A stretch of 64,000 nucleotides of DNA, from contig DATLNJ010000016.1 in assembly GCA_035536815.1 (NCBI GenBank), forward strand, positions 3,970 through 67,969. The letters are read 5' to 3'. The notes beneath the pieces were generated by a model. That model ran no database searches, was not told the origin of the DNA, and saw only the letters and a list, made by a program, of their open reading frames with translations. Numbering within the stretch: position 1 is the stretch's first letter; every line of letters begins with the position of its first letter. Positions 1 to 9,853 of this stretch are shown here, piece by piece. The DNA is from Frankiaceae bacterium (GTDB lineage Bacteria > Actinomycetota > Actinomycetes > BP-191). Both the position numbers and the translations under genes were made by a program.

Positions 1-1497
1 CGCCGACGCGGAGACGCAGGGCGCGGTGTCCGGGCTCTTGCCGGTACGCAGCGAGGCCGGCTGCGCGTCGAACTGCCGGTCGAAGAAGCCCGGCGTGCCG
101 AGCGCGTCGAGCGGCACGTTGGTGACCGGCTGGCGCCACGTCTCCTGGCCCACGACGAGGTTCGTGTCGTCGACGAGCCGGCCGTCGCCCACGGCGGGGA
201 CGAGGTCGGCGAGCCGGCCGCCCATCGTGGTGCCGCCGGACGCGGAGATGTTGCCCAGGCCGCTCATGAAGTGCAGGCCGATGCCGCCGAAGCGCTCCTC
301 GAGCCGGTGCTCGAAGACGCCCGGCCAGTCGGCGTGCGCGACGCCGCCGTTGGTGCCCTTGGTGGTCGGGTGCGCGGCGTACGTGCCGAGCGTCGCGATG
401 ACGCGCGGCGCGGCCGGCTCGTCGGGCGTGGCGGTGGCCGACGGCGACACGGTCGGGGAGGCCGACTCGTGCGGCGGGCCGACGTGCCGGCCGGGCCTGG
501 TCGGCTCGGGCGAGGTGGGTTCGGGCGAGGTGGGCTCGGCGGTCGGCGTGGCCGACGCCGTGCCTGTGGCCTGGACCGCGACCGCGCGCAGCCACGAGAG
601 CTGCTGCTCCTCGGCCGAGCGGTACGTGTCGCGGCGCTCGTTGTTGTGCGGGCGGGCGTCGGCCTCGCCGGTCTCCACGACAGCCGGCTCCATTGCGAGA
701 ACCGCGTCCTTGGCGGTCTGCTTGATGGTGTCGGCGACCTGCTTCATGTACCAGTCCGGGACGAAGCCCCAGCCGCCGATGAAGTCAGGCGCGGCGTGCG
801 AGTGGGTGGCGTGCAGGACGTGCGAGGACGCCTTGACGTGGCGGGCGGCCAGCTCGGGGTCGGCGGCGAGCGCCGCGGCGATCTGCTTCGCGCCGCAGTC
901 CGTGCACTTCTGCGCGTAGTCCCACAGCCAGCCCTCGCCGTCGATCACGGTGAGGACGAGGGTGTCGGCGCCGTCGCTCATCGCGAAGCTGCGGACCCAG
1001 AGGCCGTACTGCGTGTCGTACGACGACACGGGGTTCACCGGGCCGAGGCCGAAGCCGCCCTGGTAGATGCAGTTGGGGTTCTCCGGCCACGGCGAGCCGG
1101 AGCTGGCCAGGTGGTCGAGCTCGACCTGCGTGTCGGTGAGCAGCCGCTGGAGGTACTCCGGCGCGAGCGGCTTGCACTTCGCGGCGTCGGTCTCCCAGCG
1201 CGCGGCCGGGAAGCCGCGGGTCTTCATAGCCTCGGGGTCCGGCGCGATCGAGCTCTTCGCGGCACCCGCGAGCACCTGACCGGCGCCCAGCGGGGGCAGC
1301 TGCCCGGACGCGGCGACCGTGGCGGCGTTGGTCCGCGTCGTCGTCCCCGGCGCCCCCGGAATGGCGGGCACCGCAGTCGGCACCGCGGGCGGCGTGGGCA
1401 GCGGCACCGGCGAGAGGCCGACACCCGCCCAGGCGGCGGTGACGATCATCGCGCCGGTGGTGGCGGCGACGAGCGAGGAACGGACGGCTTTGCGCAT
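1..1497 (-). CDS. secreted hydrolase, neutral/alkaline ceramidase-like (partial; 3' end beyond window start)
   Basis: Absent from the ORF track because it runs off the window edge. My reverse-strand translation from the ATG (rc of 1495-1497) gives MRKAVRSSLVAATTGAMIVTAAWAGV (signal peptide). No complete ORF is listed in this minus frame, consistent with it staying open to position 1. The blocks LVLTVIDGEGW and HVLHATHSHAAPDF resemble the ceramidase N-terminal metal-site region. It starts 15 nt after the upstream PHP gene stop. Confidence 0.6.
   Translation of the reverse strand, partial: MRKAVRSSLVAATTGAMIVTAAWAGVGLSPVPLPTPPAVPTAVPAIPGAPGTTTRTNAATVAASGQLPPLGAGQVLAGAAKSSIAPDPEAMKTRGFPAARWETDAAKCKPLAPEYLQRLLTDTQVELDHLASSGSPWPENPNCIYQGGFGLGPVNPVSSYDTQYGLWVRSFAMSDGADTLVLTVIDGEGWLWDYAQKCTDCGAKQIAAALAADPELAARHVKASSHVLHATHSHAAPDFIGGWGFVPDWYMKQVADTIKQTAKDAVLAMEPAVVETGEADARPHNNERRDTYRSAEEQQLSWLRAVAVQATGTASATPTAEPTSPEPTSPEPTRPGRHVGPPHESASPTVSPSATATPDEPAAPRVIATLGTYAAHPTTKGTNGGVAHADWPGVFEHRLEERFGGIGLHFMSGLGNISASGGTTMGGRLADLVPAVGDGRLVDDTNLVVGQETWRQPVTNVPLDALGTPGFFDRQFDAQPASLRTGKSPDTAPCVSASA
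505..534. repeat. 15-nt tandem duplication inside the CDS (encodes PTSPE-PTSPE linker)
   Basis: ctcgggcgaggtggg / ttcgggcgaggtggg are adjacent copies with 14 of 15 identical positions, read directly from the sequence. Confidence 0.8.
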
Positions 1498-1511
1498 CAG
1501 GGGGTCTCCGG

Positions 1512-2858
1512 TTACGCGTGGGCGCAGGGACAGGACGGGGCGTTGATCACTGCTGGTGGTGCCAGGAACGCGAACCCGGAGCCGTCGTACGTGAGCGGCT
1601 TCCCCCTGGTCGGTTCGCGGCGGACGCGGGCCGGTGCTCGGCCAGCGGCCCGTACACATGAGGTCAACGCCGTGAGGGCGTTCCGTTCTTCCATCAGCAG
1701 CTCGGCGCGCAGCCAGCCGCCCGCGGGGAGCACGACAGGGACCTCGGTCCGGTCGCCCGTGACGTGCGACTCGTGGACCACGTCGGTGCCGCCGGAGACC
1801 AGCCGCAGCCGCATGCCGTGGGCGTTGCGCGTGGTGGCGACGGCGAGCAGCGGCCCCTCGGCGTGCACGGCGCCGCCGACCATCGCGGCCTTCTTGCTCC
1901 ACTCCTCGACGACGTCGAGGGTGAGGAACGGCCCGCCGAGGTTCGGCGGCTGCCAGGAGATCGTGGTGCGGCCGGCGCGCACGCCGGCGATGACACCCGC
2001 GGCGTCGGCGCGGGGCGCGTACACCCACGTCGTCGGCTGCCCGACGCCCGCGACGCCGGCCAGGATGCGCCAGTGGTTGTCGCTGGCGCCGACCGCGGCG
2101 CGGCGGTGCACCCGCTCCCACCAGCGGACCGCGAGGTGGTTGTCCGGCTCGTAGAACGGCGTCGTCTCGTGCCGCGTGAGCCACATCGAGTTCCACACCT
2201 CGACGGCGTCGAAGCGGGTCGTCTCCGCGAGCCCGACGTCCCACATGAGCGTGTCGCCGGCCGTCTCGTCGCCGTAGTACGGGTGGTTGACGATCGCCAT
2301 GCCGCCGCGGTCGTGGATCTCGGCGAGCCACGCCTTGGTGCCCCTGGTCGAGGGGATGACGTCGGGCAACGCCGCCACCGACGGCATGAACACGCCGGAG
2401 TGGTCGGAGCGGGGCAGCGTGTGCTCGTAGCCGGGGACGAGGACGAGGTCGTCGGAGCGGTAGCCCGGGTCGCGCAGCGCGTCGACGCGGTTGTGGTCGG
2501 TGATGGCGAGGAAGTCGAGGCCGCGCACGGTCGCCTGCGCGATCTGCTCGGCGGGCGTGTGGCCGAGCTTGTCCGGCTCCGGCTCGGTGGGCTTGTCGTC
2601 GCCGGGACCGCCCCACACGTCGGGGCTGTAGACGGTGTGGCAGTGGAAGTCGCCGGCCAGCCAGGTGCCGGCCGGGCGGGCGGCGCCGGCGGCGCGCACG
2701 ACGTCCGGCACCAGTGCGGTCGCGGCGGCCGCGCCGAGCAGCTGCCGGCGGCTCAGCGGTCGCACGCGAACGCCTCCAGCGCCGAGTCCGACAGCGACGG
2801 CGGCACGTCGGCGGTGCCCCACTCGCGGTTCGGCGTCGCGCCCATCCGCAACGTTCAC
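1512..2858 (-). CDS. secreted PHP-domain metallophosphoesterase (CehA/McbA-like)
   Basis: 448-aa ORF with a Tat-like signal SRRQLLGAAAATAL. PHP-type His/Asp blocks are GDFHCHTVYS, LAITDHN, VNHP and GASDNHW. The start may lie downstream of 2858. Confidence 0.8.
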   Translation of the reverse strand: MNVADGRDAEPRVGHRRRAAVAVGLGAGGVRVRPLSRRQLLGAAAATALVPDVVRAAGAARPAGTWLAGDFHCHTVYSPDVWGGPGDDKPTEPEPDKLGHTPAEQIAQATVRGLDFLAITDHNRVDALRDPGYRSDDLVLVPGYEHTLPRSDHSGVFMPSVAALPDVIPSTRGTKAWLAEIHDRGGMAIVNHPYYGDETAGDTLMWDVGLAETTRFDAVEVWNSMWLTRHETTPFYEPDNHLAVRWWERVHRRAAVGASDNHWRILAGVAGVGQPTTWVYAPRADAAGVIAGVRAGRTTISWQPPNLGGPFLTLDVVEEWSKKAAMVGGAVHAEGPLLAVATTRNAHGMRLRLVSGGTDVVHESHVTGDRTEVPVVLPAGGWLRAELLMEERNALTALTSCVRAAGRAPARVRREPTRGKPLTYDGSGFAFLAPPAVINAPSCPCAHA

Positions 2859-3008
2859 CGTCCGTTCGTCGCGCCGGTCACCAGTCGGGGGGCTCCGGCT
2901 TACGTCCTCTTCGCCGGGGAGCCGCCCAGGACCTCTTCCGTCACCGCTGTCCCCGGCGGCCCCGCGGGGTCCGGACCCGCGGCCGGCGGCCGGGCCGCGA
3001 GCCGGTCG

Positions 3009-5270
3009 TCAGGGGCGGCCGAGCCGCGCCCACGTGGCGCCGTCCGTCGTCCGCCACACGTGCCCGTCGCGGTCCAGGACCCAGCCGTGGGTGGCGTCGA
3101 GAAAGGTCAGCGCGAACACCCGCGTGCGGATGTCAGGGGCGGCTCGCCACGTGCGGCCGCCGTCCCGCGTGACGAGCAGGCCGGAGCGCGCGCCCGTGCG
3201 CCAGGCGTCGGTCGGTGACAGCGCACGCAGCTCGCCCGCCTCCTCGCCGCGAGCCGGCAGCCGGTGCGTCCGCCACGTCGCGCCGCCGTCGGTGGAGGTA
3301 GCCACCTCCTGCCTGCCGTCGGTGTTGCCGGAGCAGAGGACCCAGAGCCCGTCCGGCGCGTACGACGAGAGGCCGCGCCGGTACGCGTCCGGGCACGGCG
3401 CCGCGTGTGTCTTCCACGTGCTCCCGCCGTCGTCCGTCCCGACCACGACGGGCGAGAAGATGCCGTCCGGGTCGTCGTAGGACGCGTCGACGAAGTACGC
3501 GTGCCGCGCGGTCGGCGCGTCGAACCATCCGCGCAGGTGCCCGGTCCGGTAACCGCTGCTGACGTCGCGCGCCCGGTCCTCGCCGGTTGCGCCGCGGGCG
3601 ACGGACGCGCCGCACGGGTTGCTCGCGCACCCCTCGTACGACACCGTCCACCAGACGTCGCCGCGGGGTACGACGTCGTAGACGTAGTCGGACCTGACCT
3701 CGCGCCACGTCCGGCCGCCGTCATGGGTCGCGAAGACGTTCTGGCCGAACAGCCACCCGTTGCGCTCGTCAGCGAACGCGACCGAGGACACGCGGTGGGG
3801 TGGCATGGCCTCGTCGTCCGCGCGCCAGCTGCCGGCCGGCGCGTTCGCGACCTGCCACGTCGCGCCGCCGTCGGTCGTCCGGCGCAGGACCGCCCGGCAG
3901 CGGCCGCCGACGCACCGGCGGCCGAGCGCCCAGCCGGTGCGCCGGTCGGTGAAGTGCAGGCCGGTGAACTCCACGTCGGTGTCGGAGGGCGCGGCGGCGG
4001 GCGGCTTCGGCGGCGCGGCAAGCGGCGCCTTCGGCGGGAGCGCGAGGCGTTCCCACCGCTCGCCGTCGGTGGTGCGCCACAGCTGGCCCTCGTCGCCCAT
4101 CGCCCACGCGTGGGTGTCGCTGACGACGTCGAGGTTGGCGTAGCCGTACGCCCGCCCGGTGCCGGTCGCCGCGCTCCAGGTGCGGCCGCCGTCGCGGGTG
4201 ACCAGGAGCCGGCCGGGGTTCTGCAGCGTGAGGAACGCCTCCGTGCCCGACCTGGCGACGAGGTCGGTGACCTCGCCGGCAGCGGGCGCGGTGCCGACCG
4301 GTCGCCACGTCGCCCCGCCGTCGGTGGACTGGTACGAGCTGCGTCCGGCGGGCGTCGTGCACACCGCCCACAGCGACACGCGGTCCCACGCGGACAGCGC
4401 GGCCGCCGTCGCGTCGGGGCAGGGGTGCGCGCGCCGGGCCCACGTCGTACCGCGGTCGCGCGTCGCGTGGAACGCCGCGCTCGGCTGCTCGGGCCCGTCC
4501 CACGTGAGCAGGTAGCCGTCATCCGCGGCGCCGCGGCGCACGATCGCGAGGGCGGCGTTGGTCTCCGGCACGTCGAGCTCGCGCAGCTCGCCGCCGACGG
4601 TCCCGGTGCGGACGGCGAGGTCGCAGTCCACGTCGCGCGGGCAGCCGCGCTGGGTGACCCAGACCGACTCGCCGGTCACCGAGACCGAGGTCACCTTGCT
4701 CGGCTGCGGCACGCGCTGCCACGTCTCGCCGCCGTCGTCGCTCCAGTAGAGGTCGGGGTTGAACGCGTAGCCGCGCCGCTCGTCGACCATCCGCAGCGAC
4801 CGCACCGCGCCGCCCGTGGCGTCCTCCTCGTGGAACGACGCGCGCGGCACCCGCAGCGCCAGGTCGACCGCGCCGCCCCAGGTGCGGCCGCCGTCGTTCG
4901 TCCGGAACGTCGCGACGTCGCAGACGGTGCCCTCGCACCGCACGCCGATCGCCCAGCCGGTCGTCGCCGACACGAAGTCCACGTCCGTGACGACGTGGCT
5001 CTCGTGGTCGCCGAGCGGCGGCTGGCGGTCGCCGCTCACGATCGTGTTGCGGGCGGTCGGACGCGCGGCGAGCGGCGGGGCGTCACCGTCGCGGGCGGTG
5101 GGGCGGCCGAGCAGGGCCATGCCGGACGCGGTGCCGACCATGGCCAGCGCGCAGGTCACCGCGATGGTGCGGCGCTGCTGGCGCTGCCGGCGGCGTTCCC
5201 GCAGCGCGGCCAGCGGCGGGGGCGACACCGACGACTCGAGGCCGCGGCGCAGGCCGTCCCAGTCAGCCAT
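3009..5270 (-). CDS. single-pass membrane protein with 12 BNR/Asp-box repeats (two 6-blade propeller-like halves); putative anti-sigma/sensor partner of the ECF sigma
   Basis: 753-aa ORF overlapping the sigma gene stop by 8 nt. It has a short cytoplasmic N-terminus and a TM segment (IAVTCALAMVGTASGMALLG). Twelve S/T-x-D-G-G-x-T-W motifs follow (TNDGGRTW, SDDGGETW, TRDRGTTW, STDGGATW, TRDGGRTW, TTDGERW, then a second set of six). Confidence 0.85.
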   Translation of the reverse strand: MADWDGLRRGLESSVSPPPLAALRERRRQRQQRRTIAVTCALAMVGTASGMALLGRPTARDGDAPPLAARPTARNTIVSGDRQPPLGDHESHVVTDVDFVSATTGWAIGVRCEGTVCDVATFRTNDGGRTWGGAVDLALRVPRASFHEEDATGGAVRSLRMVDERRGYAFNPDLYWSDDGGETWQRVPQPSKVTSVSVTGESVWVTQRGCPRDVDCDLAVRTGTVGGELRELDVPETNAALAIVRRGAADDGYLLTWDGPEQPSAAFHATRDRGTTWARRAHPCPDATAAALSAWDRVSLWAVCTTPAGRSSYQSTDGGATWRPVGTAPAAGEVTDLVARSGTEAFLTLQNPGRLLVTRDGGRTWSAATGTGRAYGYANLDVVSDTHAWAMGDEGQLWRTTDGERWERLALPPKAPLAAPPKPPAAAPSDTDVEFTGLHFTDRRTGWALGRRCVGGRCRAVLRRTTDGGATWQVANAPAGSWRADDEAMPPHRVSSVAFADERNGWLFGQNVFATHDGGRTWREVRSDYVYDVVPRGDVWWTVSYEGCASNPCGASVARGATGEDRARDVSSGYRTGHLRGWFDAPTARHAYFVDASYDDPDGIFSPVVVGTDDGGSTWKTHAAPCPDAYRRGLSSYAPDGLWVLCSGNTDGRQEVATSTDGGATWRTHRLPARGEEAGELRALSPTDAWRTGARSGLLVTRDGGRTWRAAPDIRTRVFALTFLDATHGWVLDRDGHVWRTTDGATWARLGRP

Positions 5271-5763
5271 CGGCGAGCGCTCCTTCCTCGACTCCGAGCC
5301 GGCCCGCGAGCGCGGTACGGCCGCGCGACAAGCGGGCCTTGATCGTGCCGCTCGGCGCCCCGACCGACGCGGCGACCTCGTCCACGGACAGCCCGACGAA
5401 GTGGTGCAGCACCAGCGCCTCGCGCTGCGCCTCGGGCAGCTCGCGCATCGCGGTCATCAACGCCACGTGGTCCGGCGACAGCTCGGGCTCCTCGTGCGGA
5501 ACGCCGAGCTTCACCAGCGCGGCGACGCCGCGCACGGCGCGGCGGAACCGGCTGCGGGCCAGGTTGAGGGCGACGGTGCGCAGCCAGGCCTCCGGGTTGT
5601 CGTACGTACGGACGTCAGACCACCGGCTCATCGCGCGCATGAACGCCTCCTGCACGACGTCCTCCGCCTCCTGCCGGTTGCCGGTGACGGCGTACAGCTG
5701 CGCGACGAGGCGCCGGTACGACGCCGCGTAGAGCTCGTCGAGCGACCCGTCCTCGCGCGGCAC
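5263..5763 (-). CDS. ECF-family RNA polymerase sigma factor
   Basis: 166 aa. The region 2 block is EAEDVVQEAFMRAM...NPEAWLRTVALNLARSRFRR. The region 4 HTH is LPEAQREALVLHHFVGLSVDEVAASVGAPSGTIKARLSRGR. Confidence 0.9.
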   Translation of the reverse strand: MPREDGSLDELYAASYRRLVAQLYAVTGNRQEAEDVVQEAFMRAMSRWSDVRTYDNPEAWLRTVALNLARSRFRRAVRGVAALVKLGVPHEEPELSPDHVALMTAMRELPEAQREALVLHHFVGLSVDEVAASVGAPSGTIKARLSRGRTALAGRLGVEEGALADG

Positions 5764-5910
5764 CCGACCCCCTCTCGCGAACGCCGTCTCCCAGGCGACG
5801 CCTGGGGGCCGTCGCCGGTTGCATCGTTGCGGGGAAAAGTCCGCGCGTCAGCGAAGGGCGGCGGCGTGTCGCCGTCCACCGGCGGTAGGCGGGACCCGGC
5901 GCGACGCCGG

Positions 5911-6837
5911 CTACCTACCGCGAGTCGTGAGCGGTGAGGCCTCGACGGCCGGGTCGGCACACTGGCAGTTCGCCCGCTCGCGCTCGCGCTTGCGTTCCCG
6001 CCGGGCGGCGAGCGCCGGACCGGCGGTGACCGTGACCAGCCCACCGAGCGCCAGGGCCGCCGCCACCGCGTCGGCAAGCTGCTCGTTGGCGCGCTGCGCT
6101 GCCGCGGTCTCGCCCTGCGCCTCCAGCGCCTTGTTTCGCGCGTCGGTCGCCGCACTGAACCCGTTCACCTGCGCCGCGAACAGCCGCGCGGCGTCGGCCT
6201 GGACGGCCGCGGCGACCTGGCCCGGAATCGCCGGGGCGACCGGTGCGGGCGGGACGGCGGGCGGTCGGCGGGTGGCCACGAACGGAGCAGGCACGAACGC
6301 CACGCCGAAGCCGAGCGCGAGCACGCTCGCCCGGATCGCGTACCGGCGGTTGAGAACGGTGCTGTTGACGAACTTCGTGAGCCACCCGGTGCGGTGGAAC
6401 TGGAGGTCCGCGAGCGAGTTGCCGCCACCGAACATCGGCGGCGTCGCCGGCTTGGTCTGGAACGCGAGGTACGCCGTCGACAGCGCGCCCGACAGACCGA
6501 GGAACATCGCCGCCCACACCCCGCGGAGCGGCAACGGGTTGTCCGCCACGGAGAACGCGAGGGCCAGTAACCCGCTGTAAAGCGTGCCGATCGCGGCCGC
6601 CGCCGTCTGCACGTACTTCGCGCTGTCGCGGGAGCGTTCGATGGACCCTGTCGCGACCTCGGCGACCGTGGTGTGGAAGAGCTTGACCAGCTCGTGCTCG
6701 GCGTCACGTTCCGCCTTGTGCAGCGCGGCGAGCGCGGCAACCTCGGCCGCTTCGGCGGCGAAGCGCGCCCTTATCCGCTCCTGCTCGCACTCGTCGCACG
6801 CCGGCGTCGTCGCGTGATCGCCGGCTGGCGAGGTCAC
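5911..6837 (-). CDS. multi-pass membrane protein with coiled-coil-like Ala/Glu/Arg-rich ends, unknown function
   Basis: This is the 3' part of track ORF 5911..7077. A GTG at 6837 overlaps the stop of the upstream 69-aa ORF (GTGA). The coding-looking sequence runs VTSPAGDHATTPACDECEQERIRARF...; hydrophobic segments include IGTLYSGLLALAFSV, VWAAMFLGLSGALSTAYLAF and ASVLALGFGVAFVPAPFV. Confidence 0.6.
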   Translation of the reverse strand: MTSPAGDHATTPACDECEQERIRARFAAEAAEVAALAALHKAERDAEHELVKLFHTTVAEVATGSIERSRDSAKYVQTAAAAIGTLYSGLLALAFSVADNPLPLRGVWAAMFLGLSGALSTAYLAFQTKPATPPMFGGGNSLADLQFHRTGWLTKFVNSTVLNRRYAIRASVLALGFGVAFVPAPFVATRRPPAVPPAPVAPAIPGQVAAAVQADAARLFAAQVNGFSAATDARNKALEAQGETAAAQRANEQLADAVAAALALGGLVTVTAGPALAARRERKRERERANCQCADPAVEASPLTTRGR

Positions 6838-7043
6838 TGCCGGTCGTCCGGCATCGCGTCGGCCATCGCCTCGACCGCCGCCGCGGCGTCGACGCGCAGG
6901 CGGCCGTTCTCCGCGTGCACCGTCATGCCGTCGCTCACGCGGTGCATCGGATCCACCATGTGGACGAGCGTCCCGTCGATGGACTCCAGCTTGTCCATTG
7001 GGACGTACTCGCCCTCGAACGGGCAATACCGCCGACCAGCCAT
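6834..7043 (-). CDS. small hypothetical protein (69 aa), translationally coupled to the downstream membrane protein
   Basis: The ORF MAGRRYCPFEGEYVPMDKLESIDGTLVHMVDPMHRVSDGMTVHAENGRL... has non-shadow-like composition. It shares a 4-nt overlap with the next gene. I do not recognise a family. Confidence 0.55.
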   Translation of the reverse strand: MAGRRYCPFEGEYVPMDKLESIDGTLVHMVDPMHRVSDGMTVHAENGRLRVDAAAAVEAMADAMPDDRQ

Positions 7044-7184
7044 AAGGCATCCCCCGCCTCTCGATGCGACGGTACAACCGCTGTCAACGGCGACTCGCAG
7101 CGCCCCCGCCCGCGAACTTGCGGGGTCCCCGCGGCCCTCCCCGTGCTCGGCGGCACTGGAAGTTCGCGGGGGCGCGCCGATCGG

Positions 7185-8696
7185 CTACGCGGTCCGCTCG
7201 GCCTCGTCCTCGGCGAGCTGGACGAACGTGCGCACCGGCATGCCCGTCCCGCCCTTCGGCGTGTAGCCCCACGGGTCGAGCGTGTTGTACGCCGGGCCGG
7301 CCACGTCGATGTGCGCCCACGGCAGGCCGTCGCGCACGAACTCCTTGAGGAACATGCCGCCGACGAGCATGCCGCCGTAGCGGTCGCCGGTGTTCGTGAT
7401 GTCGGCGACGTCGGAGTCGATCGACTTGCGCAGCTCGGCCGGCAGCGGCATCGGCCACATCAGCTCGCCGGCCCGCTCGGACGCCGCCACGACGCGCGCC
7501 CGCAGGTCGTCGTCGTTGCTCATGACGCCCGCGGTGCGCTGGCCGAGCGCGACGATCTGCGCGCCGGTCAGCGTCGCGGCGTCCACGATCAGGTCGGGGT
7601 CCTCCTCGGCGGCGCGGACGATCGCGTCGGCGAGGATCAGCCGACCCTCGGCGTCGGTGTTGAGGACCTCGACGCGCTTGCCGCCGTACATCGTCAGCAC
7701 GTCGCCCGGCCGGATGGCCGCGCCGGACGGCATGTTCTCGGCCATGGGGACCCAGCCGGTGACGTTGACGTGGAGGCCGAGCCGGGCGATCGCGGTCATC
7801 GCGGCGATGACCGACGCGGCGCCGGCCATGTCCGCCTTCATCCACTCCATCGCGGCGGCCGGCTTGATGGAGATGCCGCCGGAGTCGAACGTGATGCCCT
7901 TGCCGACGATCGCGAGGGTGCGCTTCGCGCGCGGGTGGCGGTACTGGATGCGCACCAGCCGGGGTGGGTTCGACGACCCCTGGCCGACGCCCATGATGCC
8001 GCCGTAGCCGCCCTTGCGGAGCGCCTTGTCGTCCGTCACCTCGACGTCGCAGCCGGCCTTGGTGCACTCGATCCGCGCGATCTCCGCGAGGTCGGCCGGG
8101 TGCAGGTCGCCGGGCGGGGTGTTCACCAGGTCGCGGGCGAGCGCGACGGCGTCGGCAACGGTCTCCGCGCGCTTCGCGGCGTTCGACGCGGCCTTGTTCT
8201 TCGGGTCCGGCACGACGACGGTGACGCCCTGCACCGGCTCCTTGCGGCCTTCGAGGGACGCGTTGCGGAACTTCACGAAGTCGTACGCCCCGAGCAGCGC
8301 GCCCTCCGCGACGGCGCGCTGCGCCTGCCGCGCCTCGACGCCGCCGTGCAGCGCGAGCGTGGTGGCGGCGCGGCGCGCGCCGGCCGCGGCGCGGACGCCG
8401 GTGCCGGCCGCACGGCGCAGCGTCTCGGCGGTCACCTTCTTCGGGTCGCCGAGCCCGACGAACACCACGCTGTTCGCGCCGAGCTTGCCGAGGGTGGGGA
8501 CGCGGACGGCCTCGTCCTCCTCCCCCTGGAAGCCGAGGTCGGCCAGCACCTTGGCGGTCCGGCCGCCGAACGCCTTGTCCACCGCGGCGTTCCCGGCCGC
8601 GAGCGAGAGGCCCTTGGGGCCCTTGGCGACGCCGACGACGAGCACGTCGGCCTTGAGTCCGCCCAGGTCCGGGCCGGCGAGAGAGAGCGAGGTCAT
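7185..8696 (-). CDS. pepA: leucyl aminopeptidase (M17)
   Basis: 503 aa carrying the M17 signature [13 protein letters not shown] plus [16 protein letters not shown]. Confidence 0.95.
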   Translation of the reverse strand: MTSLSLAGPDLGGLKADVLVVGVAKGPKGLSLAAGNAAVDKAFGGRTAKVLADLGFQGEEDEAVRVPTLGKLGANSVVFVGLGDPKKVTAETLRRAAGTGVRAAAGARRAATTLALHGGVEARQAQRAVAEGALLGAYDFVKFRNASLEGRKEPVQGVTVVVPDPKNKAASNAAKRAETVADAVALARDLVNTPPGDLHPADLAEIARIECTKAGCDVEVTDDKALRKGGYGGIMGVGQGSSNPPRLVRIQYRHPRAKRTLAIVGKGITFDSGGISIKPAAAMEWMKADMAGAASVIAAMTAIARLGLHVNVTGWVPMAENMPSGAAIRPGDVLTMYGGKRVEVLNTDAEGRLILADAIVRAAEEDPDLIVDAATLTGAQIVALGQRTAGVMSNDDDLRARVVAASERAGELMWPMPLPAELRKSIDSDVADITNTGDRYGGMLVGGMFLKEFVRDGLPWAHIDVAGPAYNTLDPWGYTPKGGTGMPVRTFVQLAEDEAERTA

Positions 8697-8722
8697 GCCC
8701 AGGAACTCTAGTGTTCGGCGAC

Positions 8723-9853
8723 ATGAAGACGACCTCCCTCCACGACCGGCACGTCTCGCTCGGGGCCAAGATGGCCGACTTCGGCGGCTGGGAGATGCCC
8801 ATCGAATACCCCGCCACCGCGCTGTCGCGCGGCGACGGGGACCCCGGGAGGAGCGGGGGCGGCGGCGTGCTCGCCGAGCACGCGGCGGTGCGCGAGCGGG
8901 TCGGGGTCTTCGACGTCTCGCACCTCGGCAAAGCGTCGGTGACCGGCCCCGGCGCGGCCGACTTCGTGAACTCCTGCCTCACCAACGACCTCGGCCGGAT
9001 CAAGCCCGGCCAGGCGCAGTACACGCTCTGCTGCGACGAATCCGGCGGCGTCGTCGACGATCTCATCGCCTACCTACGTAGCGATGACGACGTGCTGCTC
9101 GTCCCCAACGCCGCCAACACGGCCGCCGTGGCGCAGCGCCTCGCGGACGCCGCCCCGCCCGGCGTGGACGTGATGGGCCTGCACGAGGCGTACGCCATCG
9201 TCGCCATCCAGGGCCCGCGCTCGCCCGGCGTCATGCGCGCGCTCGGCCTGCCCGACGACCTCGGCTACATGGCGTTCGCCGAGGACGCCTGGGAGGGGCA
9301 CGCGGCGACCGTCTGCCGGACCGGCTACACCGGCGAGCACGGCTACGAGGTGCTGGTGCGCTGGGACGACGCCGACCAGCTTTGGGACGCCGCACTCGCG
9401 GCGGTGCGCGCGGAGGACGGGCTGCCGTGCGGGCTCGGCGCGCGGGACACGTTGCGGACCGAGATGGGCTACCCGCTGCACGGTCACGAGCTGGCGCTGG
9501 ACATCTCGCCGCTGCAGGCCCGCGCGGGGTGGGCGGTCGGCTGGGGCAAGCCGGCGTTCTGGGGGCGGGAGGCGTTGCTCGCCGAGAAGGAGCGCGGCCC
9601 GGCTCGGGTGCTGTGGGGGCTGCGCGCCACCGACCGGTCGATCCCGCGGCAGGGGATGGCGGTGTCGTCGGCGTCAGGGGTCGGCGGGGTCGTGACCAGC
9701 GGGACGTTCTCGCCGACGCTGCGGGTCGGCATCGGGCTGGCGCTGCTCTCTGGCGAGGTGGCGCCCGGCGACACCGTGGACGTGGACATCCGCGGCCGCA
9801 ACGTCCCGATGGAGGTCGTCAAGCCGCCGTTCGTCTCGTCCTCGCCGCGATGA
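8723..9853 (+). CDS. gcvT: glycine cleavage system aminomethyltransferase T
   Basis: Motifs are [38 protein letters not shown] and [12 protein letters not shown]. An alternative GTG start lies at 8711. It carries a Gly-rich insertion ([14 protein letters not shown]) near the N-terminus. Confidence 0.92.
   Translation: MKTTSLHDRHVSLGAKMADFGGWEMPIEYPATALSRGDGDPGRSGGGGVLAEHAAVRERVGVFDVSHLGKASVTGPGAADFVNSCLTNDLGRIKPGQAQYTLCCDESGGVVDDLIAYLRSDDDVLLVPNAANTAAVAQRLADAAPPGVDVMGLHEAYAIVAIQGPRSPGVMRALGLPDDLGYMAFAEDAWEGHAATVCRTGYTGEHGYEVLVRWDDADQLWDAALAAVRAEDGLPCGLGARDTLRTEMGYPLHGHELALDISPLQARAGWAVGWGKPAFWGREALLAEKERGPARVLWGLRATDRSIPRQGMAVSSASGVGGVVTSGTFSPTLRVGIGLALLSGEVAPGDTVDVDIRGRNVPMEVVKPPFVSSSPR

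Noticed and set aside
271-2154. 627-aa plus-strand ORF (and 26..919) spanning the first two kb
   Set aside because: Its translation is extremely Arg/Gly/Ala/Val-rich with no motifs. It lies antisense to two minus-strand genes with clear signal peptides and catalytic motifs, so it is a typical GC-rich shadow ORF.
8600-8730. Glycine riboswitch upstream of gcvT
   Set aside because: The intergenic space is only 14-26 nt, and I saw no GGAGAG...CACCG-type glycine aptamer core in the adjacent sequence.
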